Shown here piece by piece: positions 39,286-48,070 of a DNA stretch of 64,000 bases. Both the position numbers and the translations under genes were made by a program. The stretch comes from Hespellia sp. (GTDB lineage: Bacteria; Bacillota; Clostridia; Lachnospirales; Lachnospiraceae). The DNA lies in NCBI GenBank assembly GCA_022790755.1, contig JAAVXR010000017.1:7984-71983 (forward strand). Reading direction: 5' to 3'. Every line of letters begins with the position of its first letter. Positions within the stretch are counted from its first letter, which is position 1. The notes below the pieces were generated by a model that was given only the letters and a program-made list of their open reading frames with translations, ran no database searches and was not told the origin of the DNA.

Positions 39286-39501
39286 TAGGTAATTGCGAAA
39301 CTTTAAACTGTGAGAATATTCTGACAATATATTCCGTTCAAATCCAACTGCGCCGAACATTTCATCAAGCCCAATAAAACAGAAGGCAGTCGGGGAGCGA
39401 CCCTCCCGCCTTCTATGGTCTTGATTCCATGGCGCAAAATGGATTTTCACAGAACATATTGTCAGAATATTCAGCAAGTTTATTGATTTCGCAATTGCCA
39501 A
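39286..39501 (+). mobile_element. 216-bp palindromic MITE-like element, copy 1
   Basis: TIRs TAGGTAATTGCGAAA / TTTCGCAATTGCCAA (13/15); perfect flanking direct repeat AGAGCAGATAG (39275-39285, 39502-39512); 190/216 identical to the copy at 62890 by hand alignment. Confidence 0.85.
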
Positions 39502-39516
39502 AGAGCAGATAGCAAT

Positions 39517-39555
39517 AAAGGGAACGCGCCACCATGCATGGCAGTTCCCTTTTTT
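39517..39555. terminator. Probable bidirectional terminator
   Basis: AAAGGGAAC...GTTCCCTTT plus T-run, between convergent genes. Confidence 0.7.
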
Positions 39556-39594
39556 GAGCAATATGAGAGAAGTGTTCAGACAAGTCCTTCTAGG

Positions 39595-40233
39595 TCAGGA
39601 TGATAGTGTGTCTTTTAGTATGACGTCACCGTCGTGCAGTGCCTGGTAGACGATGCCTTTTTCTTCGCAAAACTCCACGGCTCTGCTGGCAGCTTCCGTT
39701 TCCTTGTGATCGGACTGAAAATGCGGAATGACGGCATTTTCCAGAAAACCGATTCCCTCGTAGATCGGTGGATGGCCGCTGTCGTAGGGGTCAATCTCCG
39801 GCTCGTCCATAATAGAGATGGCGGTCATATCTTTGCACAGGCAACAGATTCCCGCGCTGTATCCGATGTACAAGTAGTCTGAGCTTTTAGCAAACTCCAA
39901 CAATAGTTCATCGAATCCACTGAGCTTCATGGCTTTTCGCAGTACAAAAGTGTTTCCGCCGATGACATAAAACGCATGAATTTCCTGTAAAAAGGAACGC
40001 AACTCCTCCTTCTTTCCGAAATAATTTCTCAGATCCAGGGGGATGATTTCAAATCCCAGAGCGGCCAACTCGTCAGCGTCTTTTTGGATACTGGTGGTTT
40101 TATGTTCCCCCTCCGGCGACATATCTCTGGCATTGGCGATAAAAGCGGCTTTTTTATTTTTACTGTTTTCAAGCCATTTTTTCAATTCCTGTTCTTGATT
40201 CCCTATTTTAGATGAAGATAGATACAATTTCAT
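39595..40233 (-). CDS. Peptidase E (S51) family protein
   Basis: GGNTF, GYSAG, IPHF. Confidence 0.85.
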   Translation of the reverse strand: MKLYLSSSKIGNQEQELKKWLENSKNKKAAFIANARDMSPEGEHKTTSIQKDADELAALGFEIIPLDLRNYFGKKEELRSFLQEIHAFYVIGGNTFVLRKAMKLSGFDELLLEFAKSSDYLYIGYSAGICCLCKDMTAISIMDEPEIDPYDSGHPPIYEGIGFLENAVIPHFQSDHKETEAASRAVEFCEEKGIVYQALHDGDVILKDTLSS

Positions 40234-40263
40234 ATTTTAAGCCTCCTTTATAATAAACGTAGA

Positions 40264-40289
40264 TATGTAATTGCAAAATGCTAAGCTGT
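40264..40289 (+). repeat. Solo left-end fragment of the MITE-like element
   Basis: TATGTAATTGCAAAATGCTAAGCTGT, 22/26 to the left end of the 65-bp copy. Confidence 0.5.
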
Positions 40290-40415
40290 ATCTGTAAAAA
40301 ATATAACATATTTTGAAAAATGAGACAAGGATGCCAAAAAAGTAATCATAATAGCCAGAATTAAATCTTTAAAACGCTCATTTTATATATTTTTTAGAAA
40401 TACTTCACAAATTTA

Positions 40416-40442
40416 TTAGCACTCGCTTTAAAAGAGTGCTAA
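40416..40442. promoter_or_regulatory. CIRCE element (HrcA operator)
   Basis: Perfect TTAGCACTC-N9-GAGTGCTAA. Confidence 0.97.
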
Positions 40443-40449
40443 ATTTCTA

Positions 40450-40478
40450 TTGACTTTTAAAATCTGTCGTATTAGAAT
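40450..40478 (+). promoter_or_regulatory. Sigma-A promoter of htpG
   Basis: TTGACT-N17-TAGAAT. Confidence 0.7.
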
Positions 40479-40505
40479 ATCTTTTAAATGAAAGGAGTGT
40501 TGACG

Positions 40506-42551
40506 ATGCAGGCGAAAAGAGGGAATTTGTCGATTGATAGCGAGAATATATTTCCAATTATAAAGAAATGGGTGTATTCCGACCATGATATTTTTTTCAG
40601 AGAGATGATTTCCAATTGTTGTGATGCGATTACAAAGTTGAAAAAACTGGATTTGATGGGAGAATATGAACTCCCGGAAGATTATAAACAAAAGATTGAC
40701 GTGGTGGTCAATCCAGAAGAAAAAACGTTGAAATTTATTGATAACGGTGTTGGTATGACGGCGGATGAAGTCATCGAATATATTACGCAGATCGCCTTTT
40801 CCGGTGCGACCCAGTTCCTGGAAAAATATAAAGATAAAACGACGGAAGACGATATGATCGGTCATTTTGGTCTGGGATTCTATTCTGCATTTATGGTGGC
40901 GGACGAAGTGCATATTGATTCTCTGTCCTACCAGGAAGGTGCATCCCCAGTACATTGGGTAAGTGACGGTGGTATTGAGTATGAGATTCAGGACGGGAAT
41001 AAGGAATCCGTTGGTACGGAGATCACGCTATTCTTAAATGAAGATAGTTTGGAATTTGCAAATGAATACCGTGCGCGGGAAGTGCTTGAGAAGTATTGTT
41101 CTTTCATGCCGTTTGAAATTTTCCTGACGAAGGAAAATGCGGAGCCAGAATATGAGACAATCTCTGAGGACGAGTTGCTGGAGACAGATGAGGTTGTGGA
41201 GCATATTGAGGAGGAGGCAGAAGAGGGAAAAGAGCCGGAGAAGAAGGTCAAGATTGTGAAACGTCCGGTTTCTCTGAGCGATACGGCGCCGCTTTGGACG
41301 AAACATCCAAACGATTGTACGGATGAGGAATATCTGGAATTTTATCGGAAAGTATTTATGGATTACAAAGAACCATTGTTCTGGATTCATTTGAATATGG
41401 ATTATCCATTTAATATGAAAGGAATTCTATACTTCCCGAAGATTAATATGGAGTATGATTCGATTGAGGGAACAATCAAGCTGTATAACAATCAGGTATT
41501 TATTGCAGATAATATCAAAGAAGTCATCCCGGAATTTTTGATGCTTCTCAAAGGGGTCATTGATTGCCCGGATCTGCCGCTGAACGTGTCCAGAAGTGCG
41601 CTGCAGAACGATGGATTTGTCAATAAGATTGCAGATTATATTTCCAGAAAAGTTGCGGATAAGCTGAACGGCATGTACAAAACGGATAAGGAAAATTATG
41701 AGAAATATTGGGATGATATCAGTCCATTCCTGAAGTTTGGTTGTCTGAAAGATGAGAAATTTGCAGATAAGATCAAAGATTCTCTGCTTTTTAAGAACCT
41801 AGAACACAAGTATCTGACACTTGAGGAGTGCATTGAGGAAAACGGCGGTTCTGTGGTATCTCCGAAAGAAGAGTCGGAAGTGGAAGTTGTGGATTCTGCA
41901 GACGATGCGGAGAAAGAGACGGAGAACGACGTAGAAGAGATCAAAACGACGATTTACTATGTGACGGATGAACAGCAGCAGAGTCAGTATATAAAAATGT
42001 TCAAAGAACAAGGTCAGGATGCTGTGATCTTTACACATAATATTGATTCTGCGTTTATTACGTTTCTGGAGCAGCGCAATCCGAATGTGCGTTTCCAGAG
42101 AATTGATGCCGACGTCAATGAATCTCTGAAAGAAGAAGTGGCGGAAGAAGAGCAGGAGGCTTTCAAGAAGAATTCCGACAGTCTGATTGAGATTTTCCGC
42201 AAAGCTCTGAATAATGATAAATTAGATGTCAAGGTTGAAAAACTCAAAGATGAAAGCATTGCATCTATGGCAATTCTGTCAGAGCAGTCCCGACGGATGG
42301 AAGAGATGATGAAGATGTACGGTATGGGGCAGATGGACAGCGCTGCGCTTGGGAGCAATGCGACGCTCATCTTGAACGCAAATCATCCGTTGGTACAATT
42401 TGTGGTGGAACATAAGAGAAGCAAGAATGTAACAATGATCTGCAAACAACTTTACGATCTGGCGATGCTTGCGCACAAACCGTTGAGTCCAGAGGAAATG
42501 ACAGCTTTTGTACAGCGCAGCAATGAGATAATGATGCTGCTCACGAAATAA
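40506..42551 (+). CDS. htpG: Chaperone HtpG (Hsp90)
   Basis: FFREMISN, DNGVGMT, IGHFGLGFYSAF, LPLNVSR. Confidence 0.97.
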   Translation: MQAKRGNLSIDSENIFPIIKKWVYSDHDIFFREMISNCCDAITKLKKLDLMGEYELPEDYKQKIDVVVNPEEKTLKFIDNGVGMTADEVIEYITQIAFSGATQFLEKYKDKTTEDDMIGHFGLGFYSAFMVADEVHIDSLSYQEGASPVHWVSDGGIEYEIQDGNKESVGTEITLFLNEDSLEFANEYRAREVLEKYCSFMPFEIFLTKENAEPEYETISEDELLETDEVVEHIEEEAEEGKEPEKKVKIVKRPVSLSDTAPLWTKHPNDCTDEEYLEFYRKVFMDYKEPLFWIHLNMDYPFNMKGILYFPKINMEYDSIEGTIKLYNNQVFIADNIKEVIPEFLMLLKGVIDCPDLPLNVSRSALQNDGFVNKIADYISRKVADKLNGMYKTDKENYEKYWDDISPFLKFGCLKDEKFADKIKDSLLFKNLEHKYLTLEECIEENGGSVVSPKEESEVEVVDSADDAEKETENDVEEIKTTIYYVTDEQQQSQYIKMFKEQGQDAVIFTHNIDSAFITFLEQRNPNVRFQRIDADVNESLKEEVAEEEQEAFKKNSDSLIEIFRKALNNDKLDVKVEKLKDESIASMAILSEQSRRMEEMMKMYGMGQMDSAALGSNATLILNANHPLVQFVVEHKRSKNVTMICKQLYDLAMLAHKPLSPEEMTAFVQRSNEIMMLLTK

Positions 42552-43044
42552 GCTCAAACGCGATATCGTGGCGATCTAGGAATTTCTGCACCATAGAATC
42601 CCAGACCTGTTCCAGACTTTTGTCCAAGGTGAACAGGTTCAGGGAAACGCCGGTGATGCATTGCAAATGCTCTCCGTCATAGCGGAAATTCAGATATAGA
42701 CCCTGCACGTCTTGTGAGGTGAGGCTGAGATCATTTTGTGTGAGAAGTCGCTGTATATTGTTTGGGGACAGGCTGAAAATCAGTTTCATCCGCAGAGGGG
42801 TTCGGCGCCCTTTGATCAGAGAAAAACAGAATTCTCGGATATTTTTCCAGGAAGAATATTCGGGAATTTCTTCATGTTCCGGTAAATCTTCCGAGGAGAA
42901 GAATTCGGGATGAAAACGGCCGTCTATGGAAAATGTGGCATAGGTGACGATCTCCCCCTCCAGAAATAGAAAGGAGTCGAAGGTGTTGGAAAGAAGAAGT
43001 TGTGCCATGCATTCTTTGACGTTCGTAAATTGAATTGCGATCAT
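42541..43044 (-). CDS. Conserved hypothetical protein (DUF5721-like)
   Basis: TFSIDG, IKGRRTP, FTLDKSLE..WD; RBS GGAGG. Confidence 0.65.
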   Translation of the reverse strand: MIAIQFTNVKECMAQLLLSNTFDSFLFLEGEIVTYATFSIDGRFHPEFFSSEDLPEHEEIPEYSSWKNIREFCFSLIKGRRTPLRMKLIFSLSPNNIQRLLTQNDLSLTSQDVQGLYLNFRYDGEHLQCITGVSLNLFTLDKSLEQVWDSMVQKFLDRHDIAFELIS

Positions 43045-43217
43045 ATAAGACCTCCGGATAAATCGTATTTTTGTAAAATCAGTATAGCAGATCTTTGGAT
43101 GAAATGCACGCGACAGTCACTTTTCCTTAAGAAAACAATGTGATATACTAATTACAAATCTGCTGTTTTTAGGCTATAATGAATCATAGACTGTGTTTGG
43201 AAAATTGGAGTTTTGTT

Positions 43218-44021
43218 ATGAAGATGGATAGACAGAAGTTGATATTGACGGTGATGGGGGCGATCGTAATATTGCTGTCGTTAACGGCGCTGTTTGGAGG
43301 GATACAAAGACTCGCGACGGGAAAGGTGGATACGAGTCAGGGGATGGAAGTGATCCGGGAAAAGGAGACCGCGGATATTCAGGAGATCGAGCGAAAAATT
43401 GCAAGATTGGAAAATGCGGGAAATACAAAAGATACCGAGGAGAGTGTCGAGGATGCAAAAGACGCTGCAGATCAGGAAAAGGAGGAAAGTCAGGACAGGC
43501 TGCCCAAAGAACTTTTTGGACAGAGCATCGTGATGGGAGATTCCATCGCGGCGGGGTTGATTAGATATGATGTTCTGAATCCTTCGAATGTTATCGCTCA
43601 ATCTGGCGCTTCGATCACAGAGGCCAAAAAGCAGATGGATACTGTGGTAGAATGGAATCCGCAAGTACTCTTCCTGGAATTTGGTCTCAACGATCTCAAA
43701 AAAGAGAATCAAGATGTAGAGGCATTTAAAGAGGAATATGAATCGTTTTTATTGGAGCTTCAATCACAACTTCCGAATGTCCGGGTTTTTGTCAATGGAA
43801 TTTTCCCGGTATTGTCGTCGGCAAAAGAGAAGGAACCGGCATATGCTTTGATTGAGGAATATAATGAAGCACTCCAGGAGATCTGCGAGGAGTTTCGAAT
43901 TACCTACATTGATAATGAGGAACTTCCTTCCGAGAGAGATTACGCGGAAGACGGCGTGCATTTTAATATGGATTTCTATCCGGTATGGTTGAATCAGATG
44001 GCGGAGGTGGCGGCGTTATGA
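43218..44021 (+). CDS. Membrane-anchored SGNH/GDSL hydrolase
   Basis: GDSI, GLND, DGVH; N-terminal TM; start uncertain (43218 or 43224). Confidence 0.85.
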   Translation: MKMDRQKLILTVMGAIVILLSLTALFGGIQRLATGKVDTSQGMEVIREKETADIQEIERKIARLENAGNTKDTEESVEDAKDAADQEKEESQDRLPKELFGQSIVMGDSIAAGLIRYDVLNPSNVIAQSGASITEAKKQMDTVVEWNPQVLFLEFGLNDLKKENQDVEAFKEEYESFLLELQSQLPNVRVFVNGIFPVLSSAKEKEPAYALIEEYNEALQEICEEFRITYIDNEELPSERDYAEDGVHFNMDFYPVWLNQMAEVAAL

Positions 44022-44683
44022 CGAGAACCAACGAAGAAGTTCGGCAGAGGGCAGCGCAGAAGCGTAGAGATTCGTCGAGGCAGAGACCTAAGCATTCATC
44101 GGGGAAGAGACGTAGGAATTCATCGGAGATGGAACAGATGGCAACCTTGGAGAGAGAGTCCTCTCCCAGGAGAAAAAGCAGAAAGGCTAGGCGGGCACAA
44201 TTGCAGCCTGGAATACGTAAAATTCAGGTTTTAAGGTATATCTTTTGTGGTTTGATTCTAGTTTATGTTGGTTTTACTTTTTTATTTGCTGGAGGGAGTA
44301 CCAAGACGTTTGATGAAGTTGCTGAAAGCATAGAAATTGCGGTTGAAGCAGATCATCTGGAGCGGCTGGATTCCAGGGAGTTGAAACGGTTGTATGGGCT
44401 GAATAGCGCTGATTATGATGGGGCAATCGTTTATGCATCTACATCGGGAATGTCTGCAGAAGAAGTGCTGCTCATAAAAGTAAAGTTTCCAGATCAAATG
44501 AGTGAAGTGGAAGATGCGGTTCAGGCGTATCTGGAGAACAGACGGCGTGATTTTGAAGAATATGCCTTGGAGCAAGCGCGGCTTGTTACAGATCGAGCCT
44601 ACTGCATTCGAGGAGATTTTCTGTTTGTGGCGGTTTCGAAACATGCGGAGCAATACCGGAGTGTATTTCTAAAGAGTCTGTAA
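44018..44683 (+). CDS. DUF4358-like membrane-anchored protein
   Basis: Basic N-terminus, TM, LKRLYGL, SAEEVLLIKV, FEEY; lies between SGNH and MBOAT genes. Confidence 0.7.
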   Translation: MTRTNEEVRQRAAQKRRDSSRQRPKHSSGKRRRNSSEMEQMATLERESSPRRKSRKARRAQLQPGIRKIQVLRYIFCGLILVYVGFTFLFAGGSTKTFDEVAESIEIAVEADHLERLDSRELKRLYGLNSADYDGAIVYASTSGMSAEEVLLIKVKFPDQMSEVEDAVQAYLENRRRDFEEYALEQARLVTDRAYCIRGDFLFVAVSKHAEQYRSVFLKSL

Positions 44684-44699
44684 ATGAAAGGATTACACA

Positions 44700-46106
44700 A
44701 TGCTTTTCAATAGTTTTACGTTCTTGTTTTTATTTTTACCAGTTACATTGCTGGTTTATTATATAGTACCTGTACAGTTTAAAAATGGAATATTATTTTT
44801 ATGTAGTTTGCTTTTTTACGCGTGGGGGAAACCAATCTATGTCATTCTTCTGCTTCTGGTGAGTGTATTCAATTATATTTGTGGCCGAGAAATCGAAGAA
44901 AAGCAAAAATCCCCTGTACTTGCAAAAAAGTGCATGGTCATGGCGGTTACAGTGAACTTGGCATTGCTTGTGTTCTTTAAGTATCTGGCGCCTTTGGTAG
45001 AAGGGATGGAAGCAGTATTCTCTGTAAACATGCATTTTCGGGAATTGAAAGTTCCGATTGGGATTTCTGTTTATGTGCTTCAGGCAATTGGATATCTCGT
45101 AGATATTTATCGGGGGAAAATAAAAGCGCAGCGGCGTTTGTGGGATTTTGCGCTGTATCTTTCCATGTTTCCGCAAATGTGCTCCGGTTTGATTGTGCGT
45201 TATTCTGATCTGGATTGGCAGATACGGGAACGGAATTTTAATTTGACTCGTTTTGGGGACGGCGTGATGTACTTTATACGGGGATTGGCCAAGACAGTAT
45301 TGATTGCAAATACTGTAGGAGATGCATTTGAACAGATTATGATGGCGGAACCGGAAATGCTTTCTATGATGACAGGATGGTTGGGATGTATGCTGTTTGG
45401 ATTCCGAATCTATTTTGATCTCAGTGGATATGCCGATATGGCAATCGGGTTGGGGCAAATGTTTGGATTCCGATTGCGAAAGAACTTTGAGTATCCATAT
45501 ACAGCGCAGAGTATCGCCGAATTTTGGAGACGGTGGCATCTTTCCTTGACTGCATGGTTTCAGGAGTACGTATATGCGCCATTGGGCGGTGATGAGAATG
45601 GAACAGCGCAGACGGTACAGAATGTGCTGATCGTATGGGGATTGATTGGTTTTTGGTATGGGGCGTCCTGGCATTTTCTGGCATGGGGACTCTATTTTGG
45701 GGTACTATTACTGTTAGAACGATATGTATGGAAGGATGCTTTGCTGAAGTTGTCTTCGATTTTCAGAAGAATCTATGCGATGGCTTTGATTTTTATTGGT
45801 TGGATTTTTTTCTTCAGTCCGGATATGGGATATGCTATGAGATATTTGGGAACAATATTTGGGATCGGCGCATCCGGATTGTTGGATCATCAGACGATAT
45901 ATCTGATTCTCACCAACTGGGGAGCTATTTTACTTGCGGTTGTGAGTAGTGGGACTTTGGGCTATGAACTTTTACAAAGAATGATGTATAATATGCGAAA
46001 ACAAACGGTACGTCCTGTGGTCGCTTGTGTCGTATATGGTATTTTGTTTTTGTTGACGATAGCTTTTTTGGAACTGGATATGTTTACCCCGTTTTTCTAT
46101 TTATGA
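44700..46106 (+). CDS. MBOAT O-acyltransferase (AlgI/PatA/DltB-like)
   Basis: PIGIS, YFDLSGYADMAIG, NFEYPY, EFWRRWHLSL; the usual WHGA motif reads WYGA. Confidence 0.9.
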   Translation: MLFNSFTFLFLFLPVTLLVYYIVPVQFKNGILFLCSLLFYAWGKPIYVILLLLVSVFNYICGREIEEKQKSPVLAKKCMVMAVTVNLALLVFFKYLAPLVEGMEAVFSVNMHFRELKVPIGISVYVLQAIGYLVDIYRGKIKAQRRLWDFALYLSMFPQMCSGLIVRYSDLDWQIRERNFNLTRFGDGVMYFIRGLAKTVLIANTVGDAFEQIMMAEPEMLSMMTGWLGCMLFGFRIYFDLSGYADMAIGLGQMFGFRLRKNFEYPYTAQSIAEFWRRWHLSLTAWFQEYVYAPLGGDENGTAQTVQNVLIVWGLIGFWYGASWHFLAWGLYFGVLLLLERYVWKDALLKLSSIFRRIYAMALIFIGWIFFFSPDMGYAMRYLGTIFGIGASGLLDHQTIYLILTNWGAILLAVVSSGTLGYELLQRMMYNMRKQTVRPVVACVVYGILFLLTIAFLELDMFTPFFYL

Positions 46107-46119
46107 TACGGATGGCGAT

Positions 46120-47274
46120 GTGATGAAGAAACGAAAAAATGCAAAAATGCAAAATTTAGTGGCGGGAATATTTCTTGTGTTGCTTGCAATATTTTTTCTT
46201 GGAAACTTATTGAAGCCGACAAAAGGATATTCGGAACAGGAGAATCGGAGTTTGGCCGGACGTCCGCAACTGACCTGGACTTCTGTTGTAAGCGGTATGT
46301 TCGCAGAGCAGTATGAAAAATACCAGTCGGATCAATTGATTGGAAGAAATCTTTGGCGAGATCTGGCAGTGAATTTGAGAATACTTACCGGTTCAAACAA
46401 AGAAAACGGTATATTTTATGGGCGACAGAATCAACTTTTGGAGGAGATTCGTAAACCGGATGAAGAAAGTTTTCAGGCGAATCTGGAAGCAATTCAGGAT
46501 TTTGCAGGACGGCATAAAGAGCTGCCCATGAGTATACTCATCGTGCCGGATGCGGCGGGTGCCTTTCCGGAAAGATTGCCGGCTTTTGCAGAGACAGAGA
46601 ATCAGATGATGATTTTGAAGCGGATACAGCGGGAACTGGAGGAAACAGTAACCTGGATTGATGTCAGTGAGGTGTTCGCGGAGCATGCGGAGGAAAAACT
46701 ATACTATCAGACGGACAGTCATTGGACTTCCTTGGGTGCGTATTATGGCTTTCAGGCATCCGGCGAGGCGCTGGGTATCGAGCAGGAGAATATGACGAAT
46801 TTTGTTCCGTATCCTGTGACGGCGCAGTTTAATGGAACACTCTCTGCACGAAGCGGATATGCGAAAGATATTCAGGAAGAGATTACCATTTATATTCCTG
46901 GAGGGAAAGACATTGAAGTTGTTGTAAATTATGTGGACAAACAGGAAAAACGCACCTCTATCTATCAGTCAGATGCGTTGGAAGGCCGGGACAAATATCA
47001 AGTGTTTTTGGGAGGAAATGATTCTCTGGTAGATATCAGGACGACCTCTGACAGCGACAGGAGGCTTTTGATTTTTAAAGATTCTTCGGCCAACTGTTTT
47101 GTACAGTTTTTGATTCCCTATTTTCGAGAGATTGTTCTGGTAGATCCCAGGTATTATGCAGGCGATATAGAAGAATTGTTAGATATGTACCATGTGACAG
47201 ACGGGTTGTTCTTATACCGAGGAAATATATTTTCCAGGGATAATCAGTTGAGTGGAGTGTTGACGAGTGAGTAA
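46120..47274 (+). CDS. DHHW family (AlgX/AlgJ-like SGNH) protein
   Basis: SEQENR, YYQTDSHWTSLGAY, KDSSAN, VDPRYY. Confidence 0.85.
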   Translation: MMKKRKNAKMQNLVAGIFLVLLAIFFLGNLLKPTKGYSEQENRSLAGRPQLTWTSVVSGMFAEQYEKYQSDQLIGRNLWRDLAVNLRILTGSNKENGIFYGRQNQLLEEIRKPDEESFQANLEAIQDFAGRHKELPMSILIVPDAAGAFPERLPAFAETENQMMILKRIQRELEETVTWIDVSEVFAEHAEEKLYYQTDSHWTSLGAYYGFQASGEALGIEQENMTNFVPYPVTAQFNGTLSARSGYAKDIQEEITIYIPGGKDIEVVVNYVDKQEKRTSIYQSDALEGRDKYQVFLGGNDSLVDIRTTSDSDRRLLIFKDSSANCFVQFLIPYFREIVLVDPRYYAGDIEELLDMYHVTDGLFLYRGNIFSRDNQLSGVLTSE

Positions 47275-48010
47275 TCGAATCAGACAGGAATTTGAGCAGA
47301 AAAAAGAAGCGGTGAGACTGAACAAATATTTGAGCGAGTCCGGTGTTTGTTCCAGAAGGGAAGCTGACCGACTGATTGAAAGTGGGCGCGTTACTGTAGA
47401 TGGAATGCGTGCCGAAATGGGAATGCGGGTAGTGCCTGGAAAACAGGAGATTCGGCTGGGTAGAAAAATAGTGTCCAGAAAGGATGAGATGGTGGTGTTG
47501 GCCGTGAACAAGCCGGCGGGAATCGTCTGTACAGAAGAACGCAGAGAGAGGAACAGCATCATACGTTTTTTGGATTATCCGATACGCATTACTTACGCAG
47601 GAAGGCTGGATAAAGAGTCCACCGGGTTGCTTCTGATGACGAATAATGGAGATTTGATCAATCAGATGATGCGCGCCAGAAATCATCATGAGAAAGAATA
47701 TAAGGTGACGGTGAATCAGGAGATCACAGAAGAGTTTCTAAAGAAAATGGCAGCGGGGGTTCCGATACTGGACACGATTACTCGTCCTTGCGAAGTGTAT
47801 TCGATTGGCAAGTATACCTTTGGGATCGTTCTGACACAGGGATTGAATCGTCAGATTCGGCGGATGTGTGAAGCGCTGGGATATCAGGTGACACGTTTGA
47901 AGCGAATTCGGATTATGAATATTCAATTGGGAAGTCTGGGGGAAGGCGAGTACCGAGTTTTGACAGATGAGGAGCTGGATGAACTTTATGATATGCTGCA
48001 AAGATCTTAG
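47267..48010 (+). CDS. rRNA pseudouridine synthase (RsuA/RluB/RluF family) with S4 domain
   Basis: RLNKYLSESGVCSRREAD, GRLDKES, QGLNRQIRRM. Confidence 0.92.
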   Translation: MSNRIRQEFEQKKEAVRLNKYLSESGVCSRREADRLIESGRVTVDGMRAEMGMRVVPGKQEIRLGRKIVSRKDEMVVLAVNKPAGIVCTEERRERNSIIRFLDYPIRITYAGRLDKESTGLLLMTNNGDLINQMMRARNHHEKEYKVTVNQEITEEFLKKMAAGVPILDTITRPCEVYSIGKYTFGIVLTQGLNRQIRRMCEALGYQVTRLKRIRIMNIQLGSLGEGEYRVLTDEELDELYDMLQRS

Positions 48011-48070
48011 TATCCTGAAAGAAATGGCGGCAAAAAATCAATAGATTTTTGAGAGAAACAGGAGACGGAT

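Noticed and set aside
39286-39501. 6S RNA as the identity of the ~200-nt hairpin
   Set aside because: Multiple dispersed copies, TIRs, target duplications and an internally deleted form fit a mobile repeat; no dedicated promoter was seen. An Rfam search would settle it.
38668-39561. 297-aa minus-strand ORF and related short ORFs (39147-39377, 62824-63081) sharing peptide sequence
   Set aside because: Antisense shadow of the ChW gene plus translation of the repeat; the similarity comes from the DNA element.
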